Assembly (NCBI GenBank): GCA_009780485.1
Contig: WQZZ01000001.1
Location: 1 to 56,713 of the forward strand
Length of the DNA: 56,713 nt
Direction of reading: 5' to 3'
Origin: Defluviitaleaceae bacterium
Lineage (GTDB): Bacteria; Bacillota; Clostridia; Lachnospirales; WRAX01
This document shows, piece by piece, positions 8,011 to 16,592 of the stretch. Below the pieces are notes generated by a model, which worked only from the letters and a program-made list of their open reading frames with translations, did no database searches and had not been told where the DNA came from. Position 1 is the stretch's first letter; each line of letters opens with the position of its first letter. The translations under genes were made by a program, and so were the position numbers.

Positions 8011-9258
8011 ATGAATATATTTGAAATTATCCAGAAGAAAAAACAATCCAAACCCCTGACCCGCCAAGAAATTGATTTTATGGTGGAAGGTTTTTGTAAT
8101 GGGACTGTAAGCGAGGGGCAAATGGCTGCTTTGCTTATGGCAATTTGCATAAATGGCTTTAACCGTGAGGAAACAGCGTCACTTACCCTTGCCATGGCTG
8201 GGTCTGGTGATGTGCTGGACTTTTCTGGTAGGGACTGGGTTATTGCGGACAAACATTCCACGGGGGGCGTGGGGGACAAGTTGACCTTAACTGTTGCCCC
8301 TATGTGTGCCATACTTGGTGTAAGTATGGCAAAAATGTCTGGTCGCTCGCTGGGACATACGGGCGGGACGATTGATAAGTTGGAAGCCATACCAGGTTTT
8401 AAGGTGGACTTGCCAAATGAAGTGCTTATGGACATTTTGGGGCGGGTTGGGCTTTTTATTGCAAGCCAAACCGCAAACCTTGCCCCTGCTGATAAGGTGA
8501 TTTATGCCCTGCGTGATAGTACGGCAACCGTTGACAGCCCTGCCTTGATAGCTTCTAGTATTATGAGCAAGAAAATTGCGGCGGGGGCGGGGGCTATTGT
8601 GCTTGATGTTAAGGTTGGCAGTGGGGCGTTTATGAAAACGCTAGAGGAAGCTCGTAATCTTGCCCAAATTATGGTTGATATTGGTAAGGATTGCGGGCGA
8701 AAGGTGTCTGCGGTGCTTACTGCGATGGATGCACCACTTGGCAATGCCGTTGGTAATGGGGTTGAAGTGCTAGAAGCCGTAGAGGTGTTGCAAAACAAAG
8801 GTCCAGCCGACATTAGAGAGCTTAGTGTGGAGCTGACTGCCCAAATTCTTTCCCTTGCCAAAGGTGTGGAGGAAAGTGTCGCCCGCGACTTGGCAGAAGG
8901 TGTGTTACAAAATGGCTCAGCTTATGAGAAGTTTCGTCAGATGGTTGAGGAGCAAGGTGGCAACCTCGAGGGGATTACGAGCAAAGCCCCCCACAAGATA
9001 ACACAGCTTAAAGCCCCACAAACAGGGCATATTGTCCAGATGTATGGGGAAATTTGTGGCATGGTGGCACATAAAACTGATGGTATTATTTTTCATAAAA
9101 AACTTGGTGATTATGTGGTGGAAGGTCAGACATTGGCCGATGTTTATTTAAGTGAATTTTCAGATGAAGATAACATCTTAGAAAGCCTTTCAAAAGCATA
9201 CACCATAGCCACCGAGAAGCCACTTGCCGCACCTCTCATATACGAGATTATCAGATAG
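8011..9258 (+). CDS. pdp: pyrimidine-nucleoside (thymidine) phosphorylase
   Basis: 415 aa. N-terminal IIQKKK..LT..EI.F.V, the HSTGGVGDK phosphate loop, and the SGRSLGHTGGT motif. Confidence 0.9.
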   Translation: MNIFEIIQKKKQSKPLTRQEIDFMVEGFCNGTVSEGQMAALLMAICINGFNREETASLTLAMAGSGDVLDFSGRDWVIADKHSTGGVGDKLTLTVAPMCAILGVSMAKMSGRSLGHTGGTIDKLEAIPGFKVDLPNEVLMDILGRVGLFIASQTANLAPADKVIYALRDSTATVDSPALIASSIMSKKIAAGAGAIVLDVKVGSGAFMKTLEEARNLAQIMVDIGKDCGRKVSAVLTAMDAPLGNAVGNGVEVLEAVEVLQNKGPADIRELSVELTAQILSLAKGVEESVARDLAEGVLQNGSAYEKFRQMVEEQGGNLEGITSKAPHKITQLKAPQTGHIVQMYGEICGMVAHKTDGIIFHKKLGDYVVEGQTLADVYLSEFSDEDNILESLSKAYTIATEKPLAAPLIYEIIR

Positions 9259-9271
9259 GAACAGGTTGAAG

Positions 9272-11017
9272 ATGAAGCGTTGGATTTTAAGAGAACATGA
9301 TGCAGACATTGCATTAATGACAAAGGTGCTTAAAATAACTCCTGCCCTCGCCCATGTGCTGGCAGGACGTGGCATAAGAAGCAAAAATACCGCAATTAAA
9401 TACCTTGACCCCCAGCTTGCCTACCTACACCCAATGGAAGGCATGGCAGGGGTCAGCGAAGCTGTGGACATTATCAAGAAAGCCGTATCAGATGGCAAAA
9501 AAATCTGCATTTATGGGGATTATGATGTGGATGGCGTGTCTGGCACAGTTATTCTGCATAAAGCCCTGACAAAATTGGGGGCAAATGTGGATTATTACAT
9601 ACCTCACAGGGAGCGGGAAGGTTATGGACTTAACATACCCGCCGTGGAGGAATTGGCGAAGGATTTTCAGGTACTTATTGCCATTGACAATGGTATTGCG
9701 GGGGTTTCGGAGGTCGAACGGGCCGTAGAGCTTGGGCTAACCGTAATTATCATTGACCATCACAACCCGCAATTTGATGAAAACGGGGCGGAATTATTAC
9801 CTCCAGCCCATGCCATTATAAACCCAAAGCAATCGGGTTGCCCCTACCCTTTCAAAGAAATGTCAGCGGCGGGACTTGCCTACAAATTTGCAGGCCATTT
9901 AGGGGTTGCCACAGATGAAATGCTAATTTTTACCACCATGGCAACATTTTGTGACGTGGTTGATTTGGTTGACGAAAACCGCATCCTTGCTAAGAATGGA
10001 TTGCACACCCTTAATGTGCATGGCACGGAAAATGTGGGCTTGCACACCCTTGTCAAAGCTCGAAATTTGGAGTATAATGAAATTGATGATTTCGCAATGG
10101 GTTTTATAATTGGACCCTGCATCAACGCCAGCGGACGGCTGGATTCTGCTGGGATTGCGGTTGAATTGTTTTTAACACATGATGTCGGGCGGGCAAAAGA
10201 ACTTGCCCAGCAATTGGTAGACTTAAATGACAAGCGCAAAGAAATGACAACCCGCTATGTTGACGAAATTATCGGTGGTTTGCCTGATGAACTTGATGAT
10301 GTGCTGGTAATTTACAGTGAAGAAATCCACGAAAGCATTGCGGGCATTGTGGCAGGGCGGGTGAAGGAGCATGCCCACCACCCAGCTATCGTGTTTACGA
10401 AAGCTGGCGAGGTTGCGAAAGGCTCTGCCCGCTCCATAGAAGCATATAATGTTTTTGAAGCCATGTCTGCTAACAGCGATTTGTTTTTGCGTTTTGGGGG
10501 ACATCCCATGGCGGCAGGTGCAACCATGGAAATTAGCAATGTAGACATTTTGCGGAAACGGCTTAATGACGCTTCTGGGCTTACTGCTGAGGATTTTCAA
10601 CCCATTTTATACGGCGACATGGCTTTGACGCTGGAAGAAGCCATCTTCGCCCTTGCACAAGATTTGCAAGTCCTTTGTCCTTTTGGTAAAGCTAACAAAG
10701 AACCCACCTTCTTCAGCTACAACGTGACAACGGAGCGGGCAGAGGTCATTGGGCAGTCTGGACAGACATTGCGTTTGACATTTCGTTGCGAAGAAGGGCG
10801 TAAAATCAAAGCCGTGGCTTTTAAGAGCGTGGATAAATTTGCCCAGCATCTTAGCGACAATTACAGCAAAGAAGTTGCCGAGGCATTTACCACGGGCAGA
10901 CTTAAAAACATGACAATCAAGATGGATATTGCCTATAACCTGAGGATAAACACATGGCAAGGCAATTCCAGTCTGCAACTGCATATCTTGGATTTCAAAC
11001 ACCCCGCACCACGGTAG
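9272..11017 (+). CDS. recJ: single-stranded-DNA-specific exonuclease RecJ
   Basis: ORF from 9224 (TTG) trimmed to the ATG at 9272. DHH motifs: IYGDYDVDG, IAIDNG, IIIDHH and GGHPMAAG. The stop TAG at 11015..11017 lies inside a REP core. Confidence 0.9.
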   Translation: MKRWILREHDADIALMTKVLKITPALAHVLAGRGIRSKNTAIKYLDPQLAYLHPMEGMAGVSEAVDIIKKAVSDGKKICIYGDYDVDGVSGTVILHKALTKLGANVDYYIPHREREGYGLNIPAVEELAKDFQVLIAIDNGIAGVSEVERAVELGLTVIIIDHHNPQFDENGAELLPPAHAIINPKQSGCPYPFKEMSAAGLAYKFAGHLGVATDEMLIFTTMATFCDVVDLVDENRILAKNGLHTLNVHGTENVGLHTLVKARNLEYNEIDDFAMGFIIGPCINASGRLDSAGIAVELFLTHDVGRAKELAQQLVDLNDKRKEMTTRYVDEIIGGLPDELDDVLVIYSEEIHESIAGIVAGRVKEHAHHPAIVFTKAGEVAKGSARSIEAYNVFEAMSANSDLFLRFGGHPMAAGATMEISNVDILRKRLNDASGLTAEDFQPILYGDMALTLEEAIFALAQDLQVLCPFGKANKEPTFFSYNVTTERAEVIGQSGQTLRLTFRCEEGRKIKAVAFKSVDKFAQHLSDNYSKEVAEAFTTGRLKNMTIKMDIAYNLRINTWQGNSSLQLHILDFKHPAPR

Positions 11018-11060
11018 GGGCGAGCATTGCTCGTCCCAGTCCGATAAACGATGCCACATA
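11011..11060. repeat. REP-like element, opposite orientation (GGTAGGGGCGAGCATTGCTCGTCCC)
   Basis: Core at 11013..11037, with a flank related to that of 13789..13806. Confidence 0.85.
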
Positions 11061-11083
11061 TCCGTGGCAAATAAGGAGAAGAA

Positions 11084-11944
11084 ATGAGATTAGACGACTT
11101 ATTTTGTAATATGAGAGCTGGCATGATTTATGAAAGCCTAGATTTACAAAAACTAATAACGGAGGTAGGTGCTAAGCGTTTAGTTGAAGCAATGCTAGAC
11201 AATATTGGCAACACCAATTCACTAATAAGAGAAAATATTCTCGGCATCAACTATCGACTTGCTGTTGAAGGACTTTTAGAACACAAAGATTACATTGATA
11301 TACTAAACACCTGCTTAGGAATGGACTATTTGTTCAAAAACATCAACGACCCAGACTGCGATGACGCAGTGTTTTGCCGTGCATACGCTTCGCTTGCCAT
11401 TGGTTGGATTGTACACGCAGATGCAAAAATGGAATTTTTATCGGAAAGCCAGTACAAGCAAGCATTGGAAACCACCATCCTATATATGATGCAAGAAACC
11501 GACCGCAAGGGCTATGTCTTAGGTAAAGGTTGGGTACACGCAATTGCACATGGTGCAACCATGCTTCGAGAAATGATAAACCATCCCAAATTCCCTATGG
11601 AATATGCCGAAAAAATTCTGGATTGCATTAAGTTCCACATTGCATCACAGCACCCTTTCACGGATGGGGAGGAGCATAGATTTGCAAGTCTCGTTTTAAT
11701 ATTAATGGACAAAGGCATCACCGAACAGCAAACCAAAGACTGGATGGGTAATTTAGCACCAAAAATAAAGGCGGCTCATTTTACGGATGAACACGCAAGC
11801 GAAATACGGTTATGGCGTAATGTGGAGTATTTTTTGCGGTCGCTTGTTAGCGTGCTTGCTGTCGACACTAGGCACGACAGTCTTATGAGAGATACAGCCC
11901 AATATGTATCAAAAATATGGTCGATAGCCCAGTCAAATGATTAG
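11084..11944 (+). CDS. hypothetical helical-repeat protein (possibly DUF2785-like)
   Basis: 286-aa ORF with AAGGAG RBS. Only a weak recollection of the GW.H..AHGA pattern, so no firm family assignment. Confidence 0.5.
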   Translation: MRLDDLFCNMRAGMIYESLDLQKLITEVGAKRLVEAMLDNIGNTNSLIRENILGINYRLAVEGLLEHKDYIDILNTCLGMDYLFKNINDPDCDDAVFCRAYASLAIGWIVHADAKMEFLSESQYKQALETTILYMMQETDRKGYVLGKGWVHAIAHGATMLREMINHPKFPMEYAEKILDCIKFHIASQHPFTDGEEHRFASLVLILMDKGITEQQTKDWMGNLAPKIKAAHFTDEHASEIRLWRNVEYFLRSLVSVLAVDTRHDSLMRDTAQYVSKIWSIAQSND

Positions 11945-11974
11945 GGGTAATCAGTATATGAGGAGGAAGGAATT

Positions 11975-13186
11975 ATGAAAAGAAAAATTTTAGGAACATT
12001 ATTGGCTCTATGTGGTTTGGTATTAGTTGCTTGCAATGGAGAACAACAAGTGGACGATACCCGCCCATATCAAGGTCAAGAAACCACTGACACTAATCAA
12101 CAACAAACAACCGAATATCCAGAAACTTTGGAAATCAGTATCAACATTGCGGACGATGCCATTTTGGCAGGCTTTAACCAACAACACCGCTACAATTACA
12201 GCAACTGGGAAAGTGTAACCATTGCAATCTGGGCAAACCAGCCAATGCGTAACCTTGCCGTTGTAAGTCTGTCCAGCCATTGGGATGAAGAACGCCAGCA
12301 GCTGCTTTACTCCCCCACAGCACGGCGTGGTGAAACACCCATGCTTGCCGTAGGTGACGGTTTTGTCATAAAAAATTACGTGGGTGCTGGCACGCTTCCT
12401 GTTAGCGGAATTGCTTTTACCGACATTAACGGCAACATCCGCCATTTTGCCATGCAGGAAAACAACGCATACCCCAACCACGGCGGTATGTATGTAATAT
12501 GGGAAATTGAAGTGATTGATTGGCAGCAGGCAGCGGACACACTTATAAACAGCATGGACAGCATCTTCACAGAGGTTTTGTGGATGTGGGGCAATGATGG
12601 TACAGCAGAAATCAACTTCCGCCCAAGCGAACAGATGGCAGGCTTCTACAACAGCCAAGGCAACCGCTTTGATGATAGCTTGCCTTGGATTTACAGGTTT
12701 CAAGACAGCTTTTACTTTGCTGACTATTATAAAATAATCGACCTTGACCGTGACGGCATACCAGAAATTCTAATCCACTTCCACCAAACCTTTGAAGGTT
12801 GTTACGGAGGATTTTACCGTATATTTTCCTACAGAAACGGTAGATATGAAATGCTAGAAATGTCCGCATATGGCGACGGTTGGTTGCATTTCGGAAGCGG
12901 CCACCAATTGTTTGTGGATGGATACGGCAGAACAATTGCCCTAATAGACAGCGAACTGTCAGGGATGGAATACACACAGCTAGTAATTGAGGGTAACCGT
13001 GCCACGTTTTACCCCCTTGCACTGCCAGAATGGACCCAAGAACAGTGGAGGGAGCATCATTGGCAAGTGTGGAGCCAAGAAACTTGGGAATTGCTGGATA
13101 GCTGGCTAGACCACAACCCAACAATCTTTGGTACAGACATTCCTCTAACACCTATACAACCATGGCAAGGCAGGGACTTGCCTTAA
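11975..13186 (+). CDS. lipoprotein of unknown function
   Basis: Signal peptide with lipobox LVAC. AGGAGGAAGG RBS. The C-terminal half has an IDLDRDGIPEILIHF FG-GAP-like motif. Confidence 0.7.
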   Translation: MKRKILGTLLALCGLVLVACNGEQQVDDTRPYQGQETTDTNQQQTTEYPETLEISINIADDAILAGFNQQHRYNYSNWESVTIAIWANQPMRNLAVVSLSSHWDEERQQLLYSPTARRGETPMLAVGDGFVIKNYVGAGTLPVSGIAFTDINGNIRHFAMQENNAYPNHGGMYVIWEIEVIDWQQAADTLINSMDSIFTEVLWMWGNDGTAEINFRPSEQMAGFYNSQGNRFDDSLPWIYRFQDSFYFADYYKIIDLDRDGIPEILIHFHQTFEGCYGGFYRIFSYRNGRYEMLEMSAYGDGWLHFGSGHQLFVDGYGRTIALIDSELSGMEYTQLVIEGNRATFYPLALPEWTQEQWREHHWQVWSQETWELLDSWLDHNPTIFGTDIPLTPIQPWQGRDLP

Positions 13187-13208
13187 CCCCACGAAAGGAA
13201 GGACACAA

Positions 13209-13721
13209 ATGGACTTAAAACAAATAATCCGAACATTTCCAGACTATCCTAGCAAAGGCATCATGTTCCGTGACATTACCACAATACTAAAAGACCCCAA
13301 AGCCCTAAACCACGCCCTTGACCAAATGGCAGAACAACTAGAAGGGCTTGACTTCGACTTAATTGTTGCCCCAGAAAGCCGTGGTTTTATCTTTGGTGTT
13401 CCATTGGCTTCAAGGCTTAGCAAAGGCTTTGTCCCAGCCCGCAAAAAAGGCAAACTACCAGGGGCTGTCACCAAAGGTGAGTATACCTTGGAATACGGCA
13501 CAGATATAATCGAAATTCACACAGATGCTGTAGAACATGGGCAAAAGGTGGTGTTGGTAGACGATTTGCTTGCCACAGGAGGCACAGCCAAGTGCATTTG
13601 CGACATCGTGACGGAGCTTGGCGGGGCAGTTGTCCGAACAGTCTTTTTGATTGAACTTGACGGCTTGGGCGGACGTGAAGCATTGGCAGACATAGATACC
13701 AAGGCGATACTGACATATTAA
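13209..13721 (+). CDS. apt: adenine phosphoribosyltransferase
   Basis: 170 aa. F.DIT.IL and the PRPP loop VVLVDDLLATGGT. Confidence 0.93.
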   Translation: MDLKQIIRTFPDYPSKGIMFRDITTILKDPKALNHALDQMAEQLEGLDFDLIVAPESRGFIFGVPLASRLSKGFVPARKKGKLPGAVTKGEYTLEYGTDIIEIHTDAVEHGQKVVLVDDLLATGGTAKCICDIVTELGGAVVRTVFLIELDGLGGREALADIDTKAILTY

Positions 13722-13740
13722 TAAGCAGGACGTTCAATAT

Positions 13741-13806
13741 CCGCCCCTACTGCGGTATACATTGGTAGGGGCGAGCATTGCTCGTCCCAGTCGGAATGAC
13801 GTACAC
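13741..13806. repeat. REP-like element: truncated half-core followed by a full core
   Basis: CCGCCCCTAC at 13741..13750. Full core at 13764..13788. Confidence 0.8.
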
Positions 13807-13828
13807 AAACTAAGGAGGAGACTTAAAA

Positions 13829-14953
13829 ATGACACAGATACACGCAGAAATTGACTTTGTAGGAGATTTAGGCATAATAGCCATGAGCAATTGTGCAGAC
13901 TTCGGGAAAAAACTGGACGAAAACATTAAACGCATCCGCAAAGAAGCAGGACTATCCACCCCAGACACCTTTTTGATAGAAATTAAAGAAGTCCGTTTTG
14001 CCAATGGAGAGGGCAAGATAAAAATTGAAGAATCTGTCCGTGGCAAAGACATTTTTATCGTGTCGGACACAGGCAATTACAGCCAAACATATAAACTTTA
14101 CGGCTTTGAAAACCATATGGGACCAGACGAACATTATCAAGACATTAAGCGAGTAATTTCTGCCATTGGAGGAAAGGCAGCACGTGTCAGCGTCATCATG
14201 CCGATGTTGTACGCCAGCCGTCAAGACAAACGTGACGGTCGAGAGTCATTGGATTGCTCTATGATTTTGCAAGAGCTGGAAAACATGGGCGTAAGGGATA
14301 TTATAACCTTTGATGCCCACAACGCCGCCGTACAAAACGCCGTCAGCGTCATGTCTTTTGAAAATATTTATGCTACATATGAAATTGTTAAAAACTTTGT
14401 GGCAGACGAGCCAGATGTGATAAAAGACCGTGACAACCTGCTTATCATCAGCCCTGATGTGGGCGGTATGGGGCGTGCCATCTACTATTCTACGGTTATG
14501 CAAACAGATGTGGGAATGTTTTACAAAAGAAGGGATTACAGCCGTTTGGTAGACGGAAGCAACCCGATTGTCCAGCACGAATATTTGGGCAAGGACGTAG
14601 AAGGCAAAAACGTAATGATAATTGACGATATGATTGGCACAGGCGGCTCCATGATAGAAATTGTCCACGAGCTAAAGCGCAGAAACGCTGCAAAGGTTTT
14701 TGTTGCCGCCACCTTCGGAATGTTTACCAAAGGTATCGGGGCGTTTGAAGACCTGTACAACAAAGGTCTGATGACCCGCCTGTACACCACAAACCTAACC
14801 CATGTGCCAACCGATGCCTTGGACAAACCTTGGTTTAACCATGTGGATATGAGTCCTTTCGCCGCAGACCTTGTAAACAACATCAATATGAACCGTTCCA
14901 TAGAACCTGTAATTGATGCCACATCCCGCTTGAAAGAAGCACTCGGAAAATAA
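13829..14953 (+). CDS. prs: ribose-phosphate pyrophosphokinase (long form)
   Basis: 374 aa. FANGE, ARQD-like YASRQDKR, DAHN, and the PRPP loop VMIIDDMIGTGGS. AAGGAGGAG RBS. Confidence 0.85.
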   Translation: MTQIHAEIDFVGDLGIIAMSNCADFGKKLDENIKRIRKEAGLSTPDTFLIEIKEVRFANGEGKIKIEESVRGKDIFIVSDTGNYSQTYKLYGFENHMGPDEHYQDIKRVISAIGGKAARVSVIMPMLYASRQDKRDGRESLDCSMILQELENMGVRDIITFDAHNAAVQNAVSVMSFENIYATYEIVKNFVADEPDVIKDRDNLLIISPDVGGMGRAIYYSTVMQTDVGMFYKRRDYSRLVDGSNPIVQHEYLGKDVEGKNVMIIDDMIGTGGSMIEIVHELKRRNAAKVFVAATFGMFTKGIGAFEDLYNKGLMTRLYTTNLTHVPTDALDKPWFNHVDMSPFAADLVNNINMNRSIEPVIDATSRLKEALGK

Positions 14954-14977
14954 ACTTTCGGAATTGTACACTGTAGG

Positions 14978-15001
14978 GTGGGGGCTTGCCCCCACTTTTT
15001 T
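14978..15001 (+). terminator. intrinsic terminator after prs
   Basis: GTGGGGGC/GCCCCCAC stem followed by TTTTTT. Confidence 0.7.
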
Positions 15002-15005
15002 ATGC

Positions 15006-15108
15006 GGTAGGGGCGGGCATTGCCCGTCCCATGTCTGCTGGCACTATTCTTTGGGGTTGGGTGGTATCGTCTGCATAAGTGGGACGGGCAATGCCCGCCC
15101 CTACCAGT
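15006..15108. repeat. inverted pair of REP-like elements (G/C core variant)
   Basis: Cores at 15006..15030 (GGTAGGGGCGGGCATTGCCCGTCCC) and 15081..15105 (reverse orientation). Flanks ATGTCTGCTGGCAC and GGTATCGTCTGCATAAGT. Confidence 0.88.
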
Positions 15109-15167
15109 TGAGGGCGTTATAGATAAAAGTGTTATTGCAAAAAGTTCCAATTATTTTCAAAAAAAGC

Positions 15168-15408
15168 TTGACAATTACATAAACAGACTGTAAAATATAA
15201 ATAAGGGCTAAGGCAATAGCCAAATCCCTACATTCTTTTTCCTTAGTTAATGACTTGTATAAAGTTGCCTGTCTGAAAATCCCGAGAAGAAAACCCAGAC
15301 AGGCAACACCGTACAAGTCCCAAAAAGACCTGAGATAATTCTAACATCTCTCAGGTCTCATTGTCAAGCATAATTTGCTTAGACACAAATCAGAGAGGAG
15401 CATTAAAC
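15168..15408 (+). promoter_or_regulatory. promoter TTGACA-17-TAAAAT plus about 205-nt structured leader of the tandem-AbrB gene (module copy B)
   Basis: -35 at 15168..15173 and -10 at 15191..15196. Nested hairpin: 15252-15259/15312-15319 and 15264-15275/15297-15308. Second hairpin: 15326-15335/15349-15358. Box TTGTCAAGCA at 15361..15370. Confidence 0.6.
15338..15367 (-). promoter_or_regulatory. antisense promoter TTGACA-18-TAGAAT embedded in leader copy B
   Basis: Reverse complement of 15362..15367 is the -35; reverse complement of 15338..15343 is the -10. The -10 lies in the loop of the second hairpin. Confidence 0.55.
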
Positions 15409-15756
15409 ATGGAAACAATTCCAAGAAGATTGGACGATTTGGGTAAGATAATATTACCTAGCGAACTAAGAAGAAAACTAGGTCTAACTCTAGACCCATC
15501 CTCAAAAGTAACCATAACAAAGTTGGATGATGAAACAATAATTGTCCAAAAAGCAAAAGAAGGTTGTCAGTCACCCAACACAAAAGAATTAGACGACATG
15601 GGTCGCCTGCATCTAAACAAAGAATTAAGAGATAGCTTAGGATGGAACGAAAACACCTACCTAGGCGTAAACGACGACATCATGGTTATAAGACCATTAA
15701 CACCAGAACAGATAGAGCTGGTAAAGCAAAAGGAAGAAAAAAGTAAAACCAAATAA
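15409..15756 (+). CDS. protein with two tandem AbrB/SpoVT-type domains
   Basis: Start trimmed to the ATG at 15409, after GAGAGGAG. RRLDDLGKIILPSELRRKLG and a second KELDDMGRLHLNKELRDSLG. Confidence 0.7.
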   Translation: METIPRRLDDLGKIILPSELRRKLGLTLDPSSKVTITKLDDETIIVQKAKEGCQSPNTKELDDMGRLHLNKELRDSLGWNENTYLGVNDDIMVIRPLTPEQIELVKQKEEKSKTK

Positions 15757-15761
15757 ATATA

Positions 15762-15790
15762 GGTGGGGGCAAAGCCCCCACCCTATTATT
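15762..15790. terminator. bidirectional terminator GGTGGGGGC-AAA-GCCCCCACC
   Basis: Sits between the convergent AbrB-like and yigZ-like genes. T-rich on the plus side. Confidence 0.7.
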
Positions 15791-16420
15791 TTAAGGACGC
15801 TCCATATAAGGAGTATCTTGCCAAGTTATTTCCGCAACTGATGAGGTTATGTTTGTAATATGCTTTGCTAAATTGTCCGCATGGGGCATTTCTGTCAGTA
15901 CAGAAAAACTGATGTTTTCGGTGTACGACACATCCGCAATAATATGACCGCCTGTGCGTAATTCAAACTCCAACTTTCCCCCTAAATGGTATGGCACGAC
16001 AATAGAGAATTTTTGATATAAATGTTTTTCTACAATTCGGGCGGCGATGCAGGCTTCTTTTGCAGCGTGACCATATGCGCGGACAAGCCCGCCCGTGCCA
16101 AGCAATGTTCCACCATAATAGCGAGTGACAATTACCAGCACATTTTTCAAATCTTCTTTGCGAAGATAGTCAAGCATGGGCATCCCTGCCGTGCCTGACG
16201 GCTCGCCGTCATCGCTTTGGCGTGTCATTTGGTTCGCCATGCCCATTTGCCACGCCCAGCAGTTGTGTGTTGCCTTGGCATGGGTTTGGCGAATTTCTGA
16301 AAGATGTGCCAGTGCGTCCACCTCGTTATCCACAGGAAAGGCGTGACCTATAAACCGACTGCCCTTTTCCATGGTTTCGATTATGGCGGTTTTGTCAATT
16401 GTCTTAAAACTTTGCAACAT
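15791..16420 (-). CDS. YigZ / IMPACT-family (UPF0029) protein
   Basis: Start trimmed to the ATG at 16420, with an AAAGGAAAGGGG RBS. Motifs HNCWAW and DDGEPSGTAG. Confidence 0.8.
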   Translation of the reverse strand: MLQSFKTIDKTAIIETMEKGSRFIGHAFPVDNEVDALAHLSEIRQTHAKATHNCWAWQMGMANQMTRQSDDGEPSGTAGMPMLDYLRKEDLKNVLVIVTRYYGGTLLGTGGLVRAYGHAAKEACIAARIVEKHLYQKFSIVVPYHLGGKLEFELRTGGHIIADVSYTENISFSVLTEMPHADNLAKHITNITSSVAEITWQDTPYMERP

Positions 16421-16475
16421 AGGCAGAAGCCCCTTTCCTTTGTAATACTCGTCTTTCCAATACCGCACAAACTAT

Positions 16476-16576
16476 GGTAGGGGCGAGCATTGCTCGTCCC
16501 ACTTATGAAGGCTATAGCGTCCAAGTCAATTAGTAGTGCCAACAGGCATAGGACGAGCAATGCTCGCCCCTACCAG
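16476..16576. repeat. inverted pair of REP-like elements (A/T core variant)
   Basis: Cores at 16476..16500 and 16550..16574. Flanks ACTTATGAAGGCTATAGCGT and GTGCCAACAGGCAT. Confidence 0.88.
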
Positions 16577-16592
16577 AGTTGTGGATTACTTG

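Noticed and set aside
12023-12703. A 226-aa minus-strand ORF, with a 179-aa ORF at 12612..13151.
   Set aside because: Both are antisense to the lipoprotein gene, which has a strong RBS and lipobox. Composition is atypical and no start context is seen.
14536-15150. A 204-aa minus-strand ORF.
   Set aside because: It is antisense to prs and runs through the REP pair. There is no RBS, so it is a shadow frame.
15101-15316. A 71-aa minus-strand ORF over module B, and a 57-codon plus-strand ORF over module D (about 54080..54253). Both contain LYKSLTKE, which suggests a small conserved protein.
   Set aside because: Neither has an RBS, and one starts at TTG. The conserved hairpin arms (TGCCTGTCTGG / CAGACAGGCAA) fall in different reading frames in the two copies. 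Copy A has no equivalent ORF. The shared peptide is just the translation of a conserved nucleotide block, so an RNA/DNA element is the better explanation.
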